NCBI GenBank assembly: GCA_020148145.1
Contig: JAHCRE010000006.1
Span: 6,368 to 70,367, forward strand
Direction of reading: 5' to 3'
DNA: 64,000 bases
Origin: Patescibacteria group bacterium
GTDB lineage: Bacteria > Patescibacteriota > Minisyncoccia > Minisyncoccales > JAHCRE01
In this document: positions 8,101-15,562 of the stretch, piece after piece
Position numbering within the stretch: the stretch's first letter is position 1
Layout: every line of letters starts with the position of its first letter
Program-made: the position numbers and the translations under genes
The notes under the pieces: model-generated
What the model saw: the letters and a program-made list of their open reading frames with translations, nothing else
Told to the model about the DNA's origin: nothing
Databases searched by the model: none

Positions 8101-8619
8101 TTAATCTAAATATGAATCTATAACTTTCCAAGTAATTTCACCCCCATCTGAAACCGTATATTCAAGCAACATATATCCCCCAATGTGTCCATCTTCAAAC
8201 CAAGCCAAAACCCATTTTTTTGTTAAAATCCATATATTATCTTTACTGTAAAAACCCATAGTGCCTCCCAGAATACCTTCATATGGTATCAACTCTGAAT
8301 GTTGCATAAGGTCAGATTTTAAATCGTTAACAGGGTCTATCAATCCTTTCTTTTTTAGCTCATCAATTTCCCAACTCCATAATTTGGGATCACTTTCTAA
8401 GCATCCTTCTCTTTGTTCTAATAATTCATTAATTTGCCGCTGCAAATCCTCCTTTTCCCTCTTCTCTTGTTCAAATTGAGCCTGTAATTCACTTATCTGT
8501 TGTCCCATCTCAGATTTTACACCCTCTAAAGCAGATTTTTGCCACAAATAGACACCGCTCGCCACTAAAACGATAATAATCAATAAAATGATTCCCTTTG
8601 CAATATCTTTGTTTTCCAT
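8101..8619 (-). CDS. Membrane-anchored protein with coiled coil
   Basis: 172 aa. N-terminal TM helix GIILLIIIVLVASGVYLW, then a Q/E-rich helix. Confidence 0.6.
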   Translation of the reverse strand: MENKDIAKGIILLIIIVLVASGVYLWQKSALEGVKSEMGQQISELQAQFEQEKREKEDLQRQINELLEQREGCLESDPKLWSWEIDELKKKGLIDPVNDLKSDLMQHSELIPYEGILGGTMGFYSKDNIWILTKKWVLAWFEDGHIGGYMLLEYTVSDGGEITWKVIDSYLD

Positions 8620-8627
8620 ATTATTAC

Positions 8628-8636
8628 ATTATAACA
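8628..8636 (-). promoter_or_regulatory. Extended -10 TGTTATAAT, 8 nt upstream of the ATG (leaderless candidate)
   Basis: Minus strand reads TGTTATAATGTAATAATATG. Confidence 0.45.
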
Positions 8637-8640
8637 CAAA

Positions 8641-8780
8641 CCTAAGAAAAACTATCGGGGGCGGGCGGCTCGGTCTAGCGGACGATTTTAGAGCCTTGAG
8701 ATGGGGAAAGGTGTTTAAATATCCTGAAGTTTTATTAAAACAAACGAGGGAATTATTAGAATTTACCCCAAAAACCTAAA
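8641..8780 (-). repeat. Cassette-junction element copy E (family 2, degenerate hairpin)
   Basis: Core GGACGATTTTAGAGCC at 8680-8695. Hairpin decayed to CCTAAGAAAAACTATCGGGGG. Confidence 0.7.
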
Positions 8781-8800
8781 AGTAGAAAGCATCTCTTCGT

Positions 8801-9913
8801 TTATTTTTGAATATCAATAATTATTCTTACTGGATTTGTTAAGGCGTAGAGATAATATTCAGAATATTTATTTAAAGCTATTGAATATTGAAGTGTTTGA
8901 TCGTCATAAATTTTTTCTTGGACATAAGAAAATACTACCGGATCTCCGATCTCTACAATTTTTCCAATTGATGGGCCAGCGAGATTGTTTCTCATACCAT
9001 TGATTACCACCTCAATCACCTTCGCGCTTGCATAAAGAACAGCCTTAGTAAAAGGAATCGCTTGGGCTTCTGAACCATCGAGTTTCTTTATTTCAAAAAC
9101 AAAACGATAAAATGCTCCGTGATCGCTATATCTAATAGCATTAAGCATTAATCCATCGGTTGGCTCACCTATTGTTTGCGCTCCGCCTTGAAATTTTGCT
9201 TCTTCGCCTTCAAATATTTCTGAAGAAATTTCTAGCACCTTGTTATAAATTTTATTGTATAGTTCAAGATACTTAACGCTAAAATCTACCTCAAAACCTT
9301 CCAAGAGAGAACGGTGTAATTTTATCTGGTTGAAATAATAATCTGCCCTTAGGTGATCCTCTTTATAATAGTGGGCAAAGCCATTAATAAAAAATGAAAT
9401 TACCTGCGTATCAGCTAAAAGGTCATCAGCGCCCGAAAAAAAGAATTCTGGTTCATATCCACACCGTTGGGTAGTATTTTCTAGATCATTAAAAATGATG
9501 CTTTCTGCAATACATACTTTTGTTCGCTGAACTTTCCAACTTCTCAAGTCAGGGGCATCTTGGATTTCTAGCTCTAGATCTTCAAATTTTCTGATAAGTT
9601 CCTGAACTCTATTCTTTATGTCTGTATCTTTAAATTCCAAAGCGTCTAACAAGATTCTATCAGCCCCAACATCATTAAAACTTATCGTTCTTTTTTGAGC
9701 ATATTCTCTTAATATTTCATTAACCCCTTCATCAGACAAAATAACTTGTTGGGCATTAATGCCCTCCTCTGGTTTCTTTATCTCAGGAAATTCAGTAAGA
9801 GAAATCTCTTGTTTTATTACATACCATAAGATTGTTCCAACAACTAAGATGCCTAAAAGTATTACAATTCCAATATAGTTCCAATTAGTTTTACCTTGTT
9901 TAATAAAATTCAT
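8801..9913 (-). CDS. Membrane-anchored extracytoplasmic protein, no recognisable family
   Basis: 370 aa. N-terminal TM helix YIGIVILLGILVVGTILWYVI. Confidence 0.6.
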   Translation of the reverse strand: MNFIKQGKTNWNYIGIVILLGILVVGTILWYVIKQEISLTEFPEIKKPEEGINAQQVILSDEGVNEILREYAQKRTISFNDVGADRILLDALEFKDTDIKNRVQELIRKFEDLELEIQDAPDLRSWKVQRTKVCIAESIIFNDLENTTQRCGYEPEFFFSGADDLLADTQVISFFINGFAHYYKEDHLRADYYFNQIKLHRSLLEGFEVDFSVKYLELYNKIYNKVLEISSEIFEGEEAKFQGGAQTIGEPTDGLMLNAIRYSDHGAFYRFVFEIKKLDGSEAQAIPFTKAVLYASAKVIEVVINGMRNNLAGPSIGKIVEIGDPVVFSYVQEKIYDDQTLQYSIALNKYSEYYLYALTNPVRIIIDIQK

Positions 9914-9921
9914 ATTATCTA

Positions 9922-9927
9922 ATTATA
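9922..9927 (-). promoter_or_regulatory. -10 TATAAT, 8 nt upstream of the ATG (leaderless candidate)
   Basis: Minus strand reads GTTATAATTAGATAATATG. Nearly identical to the leader at 10735-10750. Confidence 0.45.
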
Positions 9928-9951
9928 ACTTAAATCACCCGCAAAACAAAA

Positions 9952-10016
9952 CCCCGAGAGAAAAACTCTCGGGCGGGGCGGGCGGAAATAAAAAAAGAGG
10001 CAGTTGAAACTGCCTT
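9952..10016 (-). terminator. Two tandem terminators (AGGCAGT hairpin plus the shared CCCGAGAG hairpin)
   Basis: AGGCAGTTTCAACTGCCT plus T7 at 9998-10016. CCCGAGAGTTTTTCTCTCGGGG plus T-tract at 9952-9973. Confidence 0.65.
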
Positions 10017-10052
10017 TGTTCGAGAAAATAAGGTTTTTTTAACGACCGTGGT

Positions 10053-10268
10053 TCAGTCCTCGAGGATGACTTCGTTATTTCTTAGAAAGGCTTTTTGTCC
10101 AGCTCTGTTGTAAGTAAGCGAACCATCTCCCCAATGGAGACGCCCACAGGTATCACAAGGGTAAGCGGTCGCATGAGGACCGCAGCATCCGCCACCACAC
10201 CCAGTCATAAGAGAGATAGGATTACTCGTATCAATTTCTCCTGTGCAGCCTTCCTGTTTACATTTCAT
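10053..10268 (-). CDS. Small Cys-rich (zinc-finger-like) protein
   Basis: 71 aa with 9 Cys (CKQEGC, GCGGGCCGPH, CDTCG). AAGGAGG Shine-Dalgarno sequence 7 nt upstream. GC-rich. Confidence 0.55.
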   Translation of the reverse strand: MKCKQEGCTGEIDTSNPISLMTGCGGGCCGPHATAYPCDTCGRLHWGDGSLTYNRAGQKAFLRNNEVILED

Positions 10269-10416
10269 TTCTAAACCTCCTTATCTCTTACTGATAAAGA
10301 TTATATAACTTTTTATCAAAAAAATCAACTCCTAGGGGGCAGGAGGAGCAAGTTAGAGGATTTGTCGATGCTCCCCTGGTGGACGATGTAAGAACCTGTC
10401 TGGTGGAATCTCAGAA

Positions 10417-10734
10417 CTAATCTGCACAAAGCATTTCTTCTGGGCGTTCGGGATCCCAGAAATAACAACCAGTCCATCTTCCTGAACAGAACCAGTTCTT
10501 TCCATCTTTAGAGATGCAACGCTCATCTTCAGGACAATCGGTGTGTAAGCTACAAGGTTTCTGTGAGTCTGGAGCACAATAAGGACCAGAGAGAGAACCA
10601 AATTTTTTGTATCCTTCGGGACACCGCAAAAGTTTGTAGCGGATTGGTATAAAAAAGGGGGAATTATAGATGAACCATCCACCGATTATAATTATTCCAA
10701 CTATTAAAATGACAATTAAGGTTTTTGTGGTCAT
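10417..10734 (-). CDS. Small secreted/membrane-anchored Cys-rich protein
   Basis: 105 aa. N-terminal TM helix LIVILIVGIIIIGGWFIY, then 8 Cys. Confidence 0.55.
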   Translation of the reverse strand: MTTKTLIVILIVGIIIIGGWFIYNSPFFIPIRYKLLRCPEGYKKFGSLSGPYCAPDSQKPCSLHTDCPEDERCISKDGKNWFCSGRWTGCYFWDPERPEEMLCAD

Positions 10735-10742
10735 ATTATCTA

Positions 10743-10748
10743 ATTATA
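10743..10748 (-). promoter_or_regulatory. -10 TATAAT, 8 nt upstream of the ATG (leaderless candidate)
   Basis: Minus strand reads GGTATAATTAGATAATATG. Confidence 0.45.
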
Positions 10749-10772
10749 CCTCAAATCGTCCGCAAACCAAAA

Positions 10773-10915
10773 CCCCGAGAAAAACTCTCGAGGGCGGGCG
10801 GAAATAAAAAAGCTCCCCCTATTGGACGCATTCAGAACTGTCAATTGGAAAAGAATTAGAGAGGAATTGGAAGAATTAGGGCTTAGTTTAGGGATTCAAT
10901 TAGCTCCTGTAAAGA
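10773..10915 (-). repeat. Cassette-junction element copy F (family 2-like)
   Basis: Hairpin CTCGAGAGTTTTTCTCGGGG at 10773-10792. Core GGACGCATTCAGAACT at 10824-10839. Confidence 0.7.
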
Positions 10916-10916
10916 T

Positions 10917-11195
10917 TTAAATAAAAAAATTCGGGCGGTCAGTTTTCTGAAACGCCCTTTGAATTTGGTTAAGTAAGTCCTGGAGTCTCCTTGGGGGTTC
11001 TTTTGTTTCTTTAATCCTTTTTAATGCTGGAATCCAAATGAAATTTCCACCGCAAAATCTGCAACTCGGGTCGTTTCCTTCCTTAATCTTTTTGAATCCA
11101 TACTGGCTTGCTGTATGGCCTGTTTTTCCTTCTACTACAATCCCCTCGCATTCAAACTCTGCACCGCAACCTTTACATCTGTATCTCTCGCTCAT
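10917..11195 (-). CDS. Small zinc-ribbon protein
   Basis: 92 aa. CKGCG...CRFCG. Confidence 0.5.
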   Translation of the reverse strand: MSERYRCKGCGAEFECEGIVVEGKTGHTASQYGFKKIKEGNDPSCRFCGGNFIWIPALKRIKETKEPPRRLQDLLNQIQRAFQKTDRPNFFI

Positions 11196-11238
11196 TCTTC
11201 CACTTCCTTTTATATTTTATAGAAAGAACTGTCTTTAA

Positions 11239-11268
11239 ATTATACTATTATTATTTCAAGCTCGTCAA
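11239..11268 (-). promoter_or_regulatory. Sigma70-type promoter TTGACG-18-TATAAT
   Basis: Minus strand reads CTTGACGAGCTTGAAATAATAATAGTATAATTT. Confidence 0.5.
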
Positions 11269-11302
11269 GATTTTAACAGGGTCTGCCCGACATAATCAAA
11301 AA

Positions 11303-11415
11303 CCCCGAGAAAAACTCTCGGGCGGTGCCATGCTGCGGGGCCTGAACGCTATTAGAACCTATTGGCAGTGGACAATGGAATACTCTGCGATACCAGTCTT
11401 TAATAAAATATAAAG
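11303..11415 (-). repeat. Cassette-junction element copy C (family 1)
   Basis: Hairpin at 11303-11322. Core GAACGCTATTAGAACC at 11344-11359. Confidence 0.8.
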
Positions 11416-11430
11416 GAAAACTGTTGTCAA

Positions 11431-12381
11431 CTAACTAAGCATCTTAGTGTTTTGGGTTATATTAAAATCATTTAATTTTTTTGTAACTTCTTTAAGATCT
11501 ATTTTTCTGGAAACATAAGGAAAACGTACTACATTTTTGGTGTACTCTTCTTCAAAGCCAACTTTAAATAGGACTTGGCTCTGTTTTTTATCTTTATATT
11601 TGCAGAGCCCTGTTAATACAGATATTAAGTTGGAATAATCAGGAACATAAATTCGATTACCAAAAGCTCGTTGGAGATCCTTTGTTACAAAAATGCCATT
11701 TATACTAACTTTAAAAGCATTATTATCTATCATAAACTTGCCTGTTTTTATTGCAACTTCTATTACCTCCTCTCGTTTCATGTCTAAACCGCCTAGCATT
11801 ATATATCCGTTCCACTCAATATTTAGTTTATTTAAAATATCTACCGCTTGCTGAATTTGTTGTGTGTCGTTCCCTTTTTTATGTTTTTTTAATAATTCAT
11901 CATCAAAAAATTCTATTCCTAATCTTATTCTCAATTTTTTTGTCTCTAAATGAGATTTTATAGTTTTAAGTTTTTCTTGGAAACGAATTACATCATCTAC
12001 TCTTGCCTCGATTTCATACGCCTTACATTTTTGATGAAGGGCAATATACTTTGGGATATCTATTAAAATAGTTGGTTGATACATCTCTTCCTCCCTCAAG
12101 ATATTCCCGCCGTTATATAAAACTAGTGAATTCGGAGAATACTTGGTTATATACTTTTTAATTTTAGCTAATACTTCATTACCAAATTCTTCATTGATTT
12201 TTAAATTCTTATTACGCTCTTCCTGAACACCGCAAAATAAACATCGGGGAGTCTTCGTGCATCCTGTATAAGGAATAGTTACATAAAGAACTTTCTCTTT
12301 GCCTAATTTAATTAAAGTAACCTCATAACGCCCTGATTTTCCTTGTTCTTCTATTTTGATATTTGATTCTTTAGAATCCAT
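11431..12381 (-). CDS. Radical-SAM-like TIM-barrel protein with variant Cys motif (Cx5Cx2C)
   Basis: 316 aa. GCTKTPRCLFCG, then LYNGGNIL and RIRLGIEFFDDELLKKHKKG..IMLGG resemble radical SAM core strands. Assignment is tentative. Confidence 0.45.
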   Translation of the reverse strand: MDSKESNIKIEEQGKSGRYEVTLIKLGKEKVLYVTIPYTGCTKTPRCLFCGVQEERNKNLKINEEFGNEVLAKIKKYITKYSPNSLVLYNGGNILREEEMYQPTILIDIPKYIALHQKCKAYEIEARVDDVIRFQEKLKTIKSHLETKKLRIRLGIEFFDDELLKKHKKGNDTQQIQQAVDILNKLNIEWNGYIMLGGLDMKREEVIEVAIKTGKFMIDNNAFKVSINGIFVTKDLQRAFGNRIYVPDYSNLISVLTGLCKYKDKKQSQVLFKVGFEEEYTKNVVRFPYVSRKIDLKEVTKKLNDFNITQNTKMLS

Positions 12382-12388
12382 ATTCTCA

Positions 12389-12397
12389 ATTCTACCA
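12389..12397 (-). promoter_or_regulatory. Extended -10 TGGTAGAAT, 7 nt upstream of the ATG (leaderless candidate)
   Basis: Minus strand reads GGGCGGTTTTTTGGTAGAATTGAGAATATG. Confidence 0.45.
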
Positions 12398-12403
12398 AAA
12401 AAC

Positions 12404-12480
12404 CGCCCTCTTGGCGATTTTTAATGCCGCTCGGTCGCTCGAACCGAGCACTAGCCTGCTCCGCGATTTAAACAATTACA
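12404..12480 (-). repeat. Cassette-junction element copy I (family 2 fragment; type-2 hairpin)
   Basis: CGCC-AAGAG-GGCG plus T6 at 12404-12416. GGAGCAGGCTAGTGCTCGG aligns with CCGAGCAGGCTTGTGAGC of copy D. Confidence 0.55.
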
Positions 12481-12810
12481 AACTTTCTCTATTATCCTAC
12501 CAAATCTTATCCATCAGTGTAGGAAACGGGACTTAAAAAACTAAAAACCTTACCCCTAACTATATATACTTTTACTATTATTTTCTTTTACTCTTTGGTG
12601 GGCTCGGTCGCTCGCTATTGCTCGCTCCCTCGCCCCTATTTTATATTCAAAAAATGAGTTTTTGAAGGTAAAAAATCCTCTAAGACCCCTCTTTTGCAAA
12701 AATTAAAAGTTGACGTTGACTCGACATTCGAGTGTCGAGTTTTTATCAAAAGTTGTCGTTCACTTGTCGTTCTAGAACGACAAGTTTTTGAATCTAATAA
12801 TTTTTAAAGA
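12481..12810 (-). other. ORF-less unit bracketed by a junction promoter and terminator; palindromes, iterated TTGTCGTTC and GTTGAC motifs
   Basis: No ORF of 60 aa or more on either strand. 22-nt perfect palindrome at 12763-12784. Hairpin at 12720-12739. GTTGACGTTGAC at 12709-12720. GC-rich tract at 12598-12637. Confidence 0.5.
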
Positions 12811-12819
12811 ATTCTCCCA
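12811..12819 (-). promoter_or_regulatory. Extended -10 TGGGAGAAT fused to a terminator T-tract
   Basis: Minus strand reads GGCGATTTTTTGGGAGAATTC. Confidence 0.4.
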
Positions 12820-12823
12820 AAAA

Positions 12824-12910
12824 ATCGCCCCTTTGGCGATTAGTTAGCTCCGGGGATGGTACAATATTAGAACTTGGTTTTGGGATAATTTTCCAATAAT
12901 AGGCCCATTA
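12824..12910 (-). repeat. Cassette-junction element copy H (divergent; type-2 hairpin)
   Basis: ATCGCC-AAAGG-GGCGAT plus T6 at 12824-12840. Core GGTACAATATTAGAACT at 12858-12874. Confidence 0.6.
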
Positions 12911-12914
12911 TATC

Positions 12915-13709
12915 TTAAAGTACCTTGTTATCTCGAATAAATTTAAGTTGTTTTGTCCAATCCATTAGATTGCCTTCTACCCTACTAAGATCCCGATCTG
13001 ACAATGGATTATGATGGGCAATAATACGTCTTGATGGTATAGTTTCATCTAGTTTCGATAATAACCATTCGGTTTTTCTCCTTTGATTTTTCAAATACTT
13101 ATTAAAAATTCTATTATGGCTCTTCAAAATTAAAATTAAATCTCCAAAATCAGAATAATATATTGGATGATCGCCCCTTTTACCGTGCCAGGCTCTTCGC
13201 TTTTCTTCTTTCATTCGCTCTTTTACTCTAGTCATGATTTCAGAAAGTTTTTTGGTATTCATTTTTGTCGGCCACCAATCTGAACCAAATTCTTTTTCTA
13301 AGACTTTATTTATAAAATTTCTAATAGAATTTTCAAAAATATAAAGTACAAGATATGCTTTTCCTGCCATTTTTACTGCGTCTTTTTTCACCGAATTTGG
13401 CAACAAAGGTTCATTGATTATACCAAATTGGGTCTTAATTGGCCTCGACACAGAGGATCTAGCCTTATAGTATAGTCTTCTTTTTTTCTCAGATTGAGAA
13501 ACTTGAATTGCACTAGCTATTTTACTCTGTTCTTTTAGGGAAAGTTTCTTAAGTTCCCTTGAATAGCCCACATTATTTTCTGCAGCCAGAATAAAAATAG
13601 CCTCTTTTGAAGTAAGACCAAGAGGTCTTCCTCTTTGCCAAATTCTTTTCTTTAGAGCGACCACTGTGGAAGATCTAAGTTTTTTTTGAAGACGTTCAAG
13701 AAGAGTCAT
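12915..13709 (-). CDS. Swt1-like HEPN domain protein (predicted RNase)
   Basis: 264 aa. C-terminal half FENSIRNFINKVLEKEFGSDWW...YSDFGDLILIL...SRRIIAHHNPL fits the HEPN Rx4-6H motif and the Swt1-type layout as I recall it. Confidence 0.6.
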   Translation of the reverse strand: MTLLERLQKKLRSSTVVALKKRIWQRGRPLGLTSKEAIFILAAENNVGYSRELKKLSLKEQSKIASAIQVSQSEKKRRLYYKARSSVSRPIKTQFGIINEPLLPNSVKKDAVKMAGKAYLVLYIFENSIRNFINKVLEKEFGSDWWPTKMNTKKLSEIMTRVKERMKEEKRRAWHGKRGDHPIYYSDFGDLILILKSHNRIFNKYLKNQRRKTEWLLSKLDETIPSRRIIAHHNPLSDRDLSRVEGNLMDWTKQLKFIRDNKVL

Positions 13710-13885
13710 GACTTCTTTTTCTTTTTTATTTCCTTAATTGGAACAATTTGCTGAACTCTTCTCTTGCTAATCTCTAAAATCTCTGCAATATCCTTTGATT
13801 CAGCCCCGTTCAACATTGCATTCAAAATTAGAAGCCTTTTAATCGCTTCCAGTGGTTTTAGTGATTGTTTCCTTTTCTTAGCCAT
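13706..13885 (-). CDS. Small HTH protein (59 aa; below ORF-track cutoff)
   Basis: Own translation: MAKKRKQSLKPLEAIKRLLILNAMLNGAESKDIAEILEISKRRVQQIVPIKEIKKKKKS. Its stop overlaps the next gene's start (ATGA). Confidence 0.55.
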   Translation of the reverse strand: MAKKRKQSLKPLEAIKRLLILNAMLNGAESKDIAEILEISKRRVQQIVPIKEIKKKKKS

Positions 13886-13892
13886 ATTGTTT

Positions 13893-14066
13893 TTATTTCT
13901 TTTTCAAATGTTTGGCAATTTTATTCACCATGTTAATATCTGTGCCAACTATCTTCCGTATCTTACGTTGGGTCATACCAGCTCTGCTAAGCTCAACAAT
14001 CAAAAGCTTCTTCAGTAAATCTATAATCTCCTCTGTTTCAGATTTTTTTTCCTGTTTTTTATTCAT
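13893..14066 (-). CDS. Small HTH protein
   Basis: MNKKQEKK...LSRAGMTQRKIRKIVGTDINMVNKI. Start chosen at the internal ATG (14066), directly after the upstream stop. The track ORF starts at 14096. Confidence 0.5.
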   Translation of the reverse strand: MNKKQEKKSETEEIIDLLKKLLIVELSRAGMTQRKIRKIVGTDINMVNKIAKHLKKK

Positions 14067-14067
14067 T

Positions 14068-14304
14068 TTACTTCTTCTTTCTTCTTTTGTTATCATAAAG
14101 TAAATGTGATACTTGTGTATTAGTTTTCCCTAGCAATCGTGCAATTTCTTGGTTTTTAAAACCTAATTGTCTCAATTGACTAGCTAAACTAGCCAAAGTC
14201 ATTTTTGATCTTTTTTCTTCACTTTGGGTAAGAGAGGTTAGTAAAAAGTTAATTATCACATCTAATCTCTTTATGATGTCTTGTGTGTTTTTGTTCGAAG
14301 GCAT
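14068..14304 (-). CDS. Small HTH protein
   Basis: 78 aa. LRQLGFKNQEIARLLGKTNTQVSHLL helix-turn-helix. Confidence 0.55.
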   Translation of the reverse strand: MPSNKNTQDIIKRLDVIINFLLTSLTQSEEKRSKMTLASLASQLRQLGFKNQEIARLLGKTNTQVSHLLYDNKRRKKK

Positions 14305-14317
14305 ATTGCTTTGTTGT

Positions 14318-14617
14318 TTAAATCAATTTAAAAAAATATTTTTTGCCTTTTCTGGTTTCACTTGTGATAAAACCTAACTCAGAGAGTGTTGTTAAGTGGT
14401 GGGTAACTGTTGGCTGTTTGACCCTGAGGATTTTAGCAATTTCAGTAACACCTTTTTTGCCATCACATAAATTATAGACTTTTTTTCTAGGCCCACTAGC
14501 TAATGCTTTCTCTTTAGCAGCTTCTATTTGATCAGCGTGTGTTAGCTTATAGAGAGAGAGGACTTGGTTAAGAACAGACTTTAAAGCTATTATTTCTTTT
14601 ATAAATTCTTCGTTCAT
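14318..14617 (-). CDS. Winged-helix (ArsR/MarR-like) transcriptional regulator
   Basis: 99 aa. GVTEIAKILRVKQPTVTHHLTTLSELGFI. Confidence 0.6.
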   Translation of the reverse strand: MNEEFIKEIIALKSVLNQVLSLYKLTHADQIEAAKEKALASGPRKKVYNLCDGKKGVTEIAKILRVKQPTVTHHLTTLSELGFITSETRKGKKYFFKLI

Positions 14618-14666
14618 TTATATCTTTTTTCTATAAGTTTAATTTTTAACATTGTCGACCATATAT

Positions 14667-14695
14667 AGTTTAGCTGATATAGAAATTGTTGTCAA
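14667..14695 (-). promoter_or_regulatory. Sigma70-type promoter TTGACA-17-TAAACT for the 14617-12915 operon
   Basis: Minus strand reads CTTGACAACAATTTCTATATCAGCTAAACTATA. Confidence 0.5.
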
Positions 14696-14736
14696 GAACC
14701 AGAACATAATACTCACACAGGGCTCGAATCGAGAAA

Positions 14737-14860
14737 ATAAAAAATTGCCCAGCGAATGGGCTTTTTGTTTTTAAATCTCTTGGTCTCTTGATAAAAAATT
14801 TGGTTACGGAACATCGTGGACAATGTTAGAACTGTGTTTAGAGAATTAGATGAATTATGT
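14737..14860 (-). repeat. Cassette-junction element copy J (divergent) with bidirectional terminator
   Basis: GCCCA-GCGAA-TGGGC at 14747-14761, flanked by A and T runs. Core GGACAATGTTAGAACT at 14818-14833. Confidence 0.6.
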
Positions 14861-15469
14861 TTATATACCCAACTTAAAGGTCTCAAGCACATCCACTCTA
14901 TGACCATCGGGCGGTAATCCACCTTTAATTATATTGATTTGACTGACAAGCATTTTCCCAAACGAAATTTCTTGGTAGTTTTTCTTGATGGTTTCAAATA
15001 ATTCAGTAGGCTCTTCGTAGAAATAAATTACTGCAACGTGGGGCATATAATTATTTCCCTCAAATTCGGGATACTCGCTAAAAGGAATTGCATTGTTTAA
15101 TCGCTTATGTAACTCAAAGAGTTTGTCGTCAGGAGAAAAAACCTGCACAAATATATTATTGGGAAATTGACTAAATCCTTTAAGTTCTACCTCAAATGGT
15201 TGAAATCCAACCAATGCTTCTTTAGTTTTTTTAATAACATCTGGTATTACAGATTCTTGAATCTGTTTTCTCAACAAACCACAGGATTTAACAGTGCAGT
15301 GATACATATCCTGAGGTACATAATCTTGATTCGGAAATTTTTCTCTCAGAAGTTGGGCAATTTCACTGATTTTCTCTTTTAAAGGAGGTGAAATCCAAAA
15401 ATTAAGAGATAAATCATTGAATTCTGGAATAGGATTATTCTTATTTCTTAGAAATATCTTATTTTTCAT
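14861..15469 (-). CDS. 2H phosphoesterase superfamily protein (LigT / 2'-5' RNA ligase-like)
   Basis: 202 aa. Two H-x-T/A-type motifs (YHCTVK and PHVAVIYF) with appropriate spacing. Confidence 0.55.
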   Translation of the reverse strand: MKNKIFLRNKNNPIPEFNDLSLNFWISPPLKEKISEIAQLLREKFPNQDYVPQDMYHCTVKSCGLLRKQIQESVIPDVIKKTKEALVGFQPFEVELKGFSQFPNNIFVQVFSPDDKLFELHKRLNNAIPFSEYPEFEGNNYMPHVAVIYFYEEPTELFETIKKNYQEISFGKMLVSQINIIKGGLPPDGHRVDVLETFKLGI

Positions 15470-15490
15470 AAAATTTCTTAAGTCGTCTTC

Positions 15491-15499
15491 ATTCTATCA
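15491..15499 (-). promoter_or_regulatory. Extended -10 TGATAGAAT
   Basis: Minus strand reads GCGGTTTTTTGATAGAATGAAG. Confidence 0.45.
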
Positions 15500-15513
15500 A
15501 AAAACCGCAAAAA

Positions 15514-15533
15514 GTTCTAACCGTCCACGACGG
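15514..15533 (-). terminator. Hairpin CCGTC-GTG-GACGG after tRNA-Gln; contains an inverted copy of the junction core
   Basis: Plus strand GTTCTAACCGTCCAC (15514-15528) equals the reverse of the core seen elsewhere on the plus strand as GTGGACGCTGTTAGAAC. Confidence 0.5.
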
Positions 15534-15562
15534 GTAGCTAATTTTGAGTTAAAAATTGAGTG

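Noticed and set aside
1-15500. Integron-like gene cassette array with attC sites
   Set aside because: The core GTTCTAAC only loosely resembles the RYYYAAC inverse core. No paired GTTRRRY core or attC-type bulged stem was found at the expected distance. Each cassette carries its own promoter. No intI gene is visible in the window.
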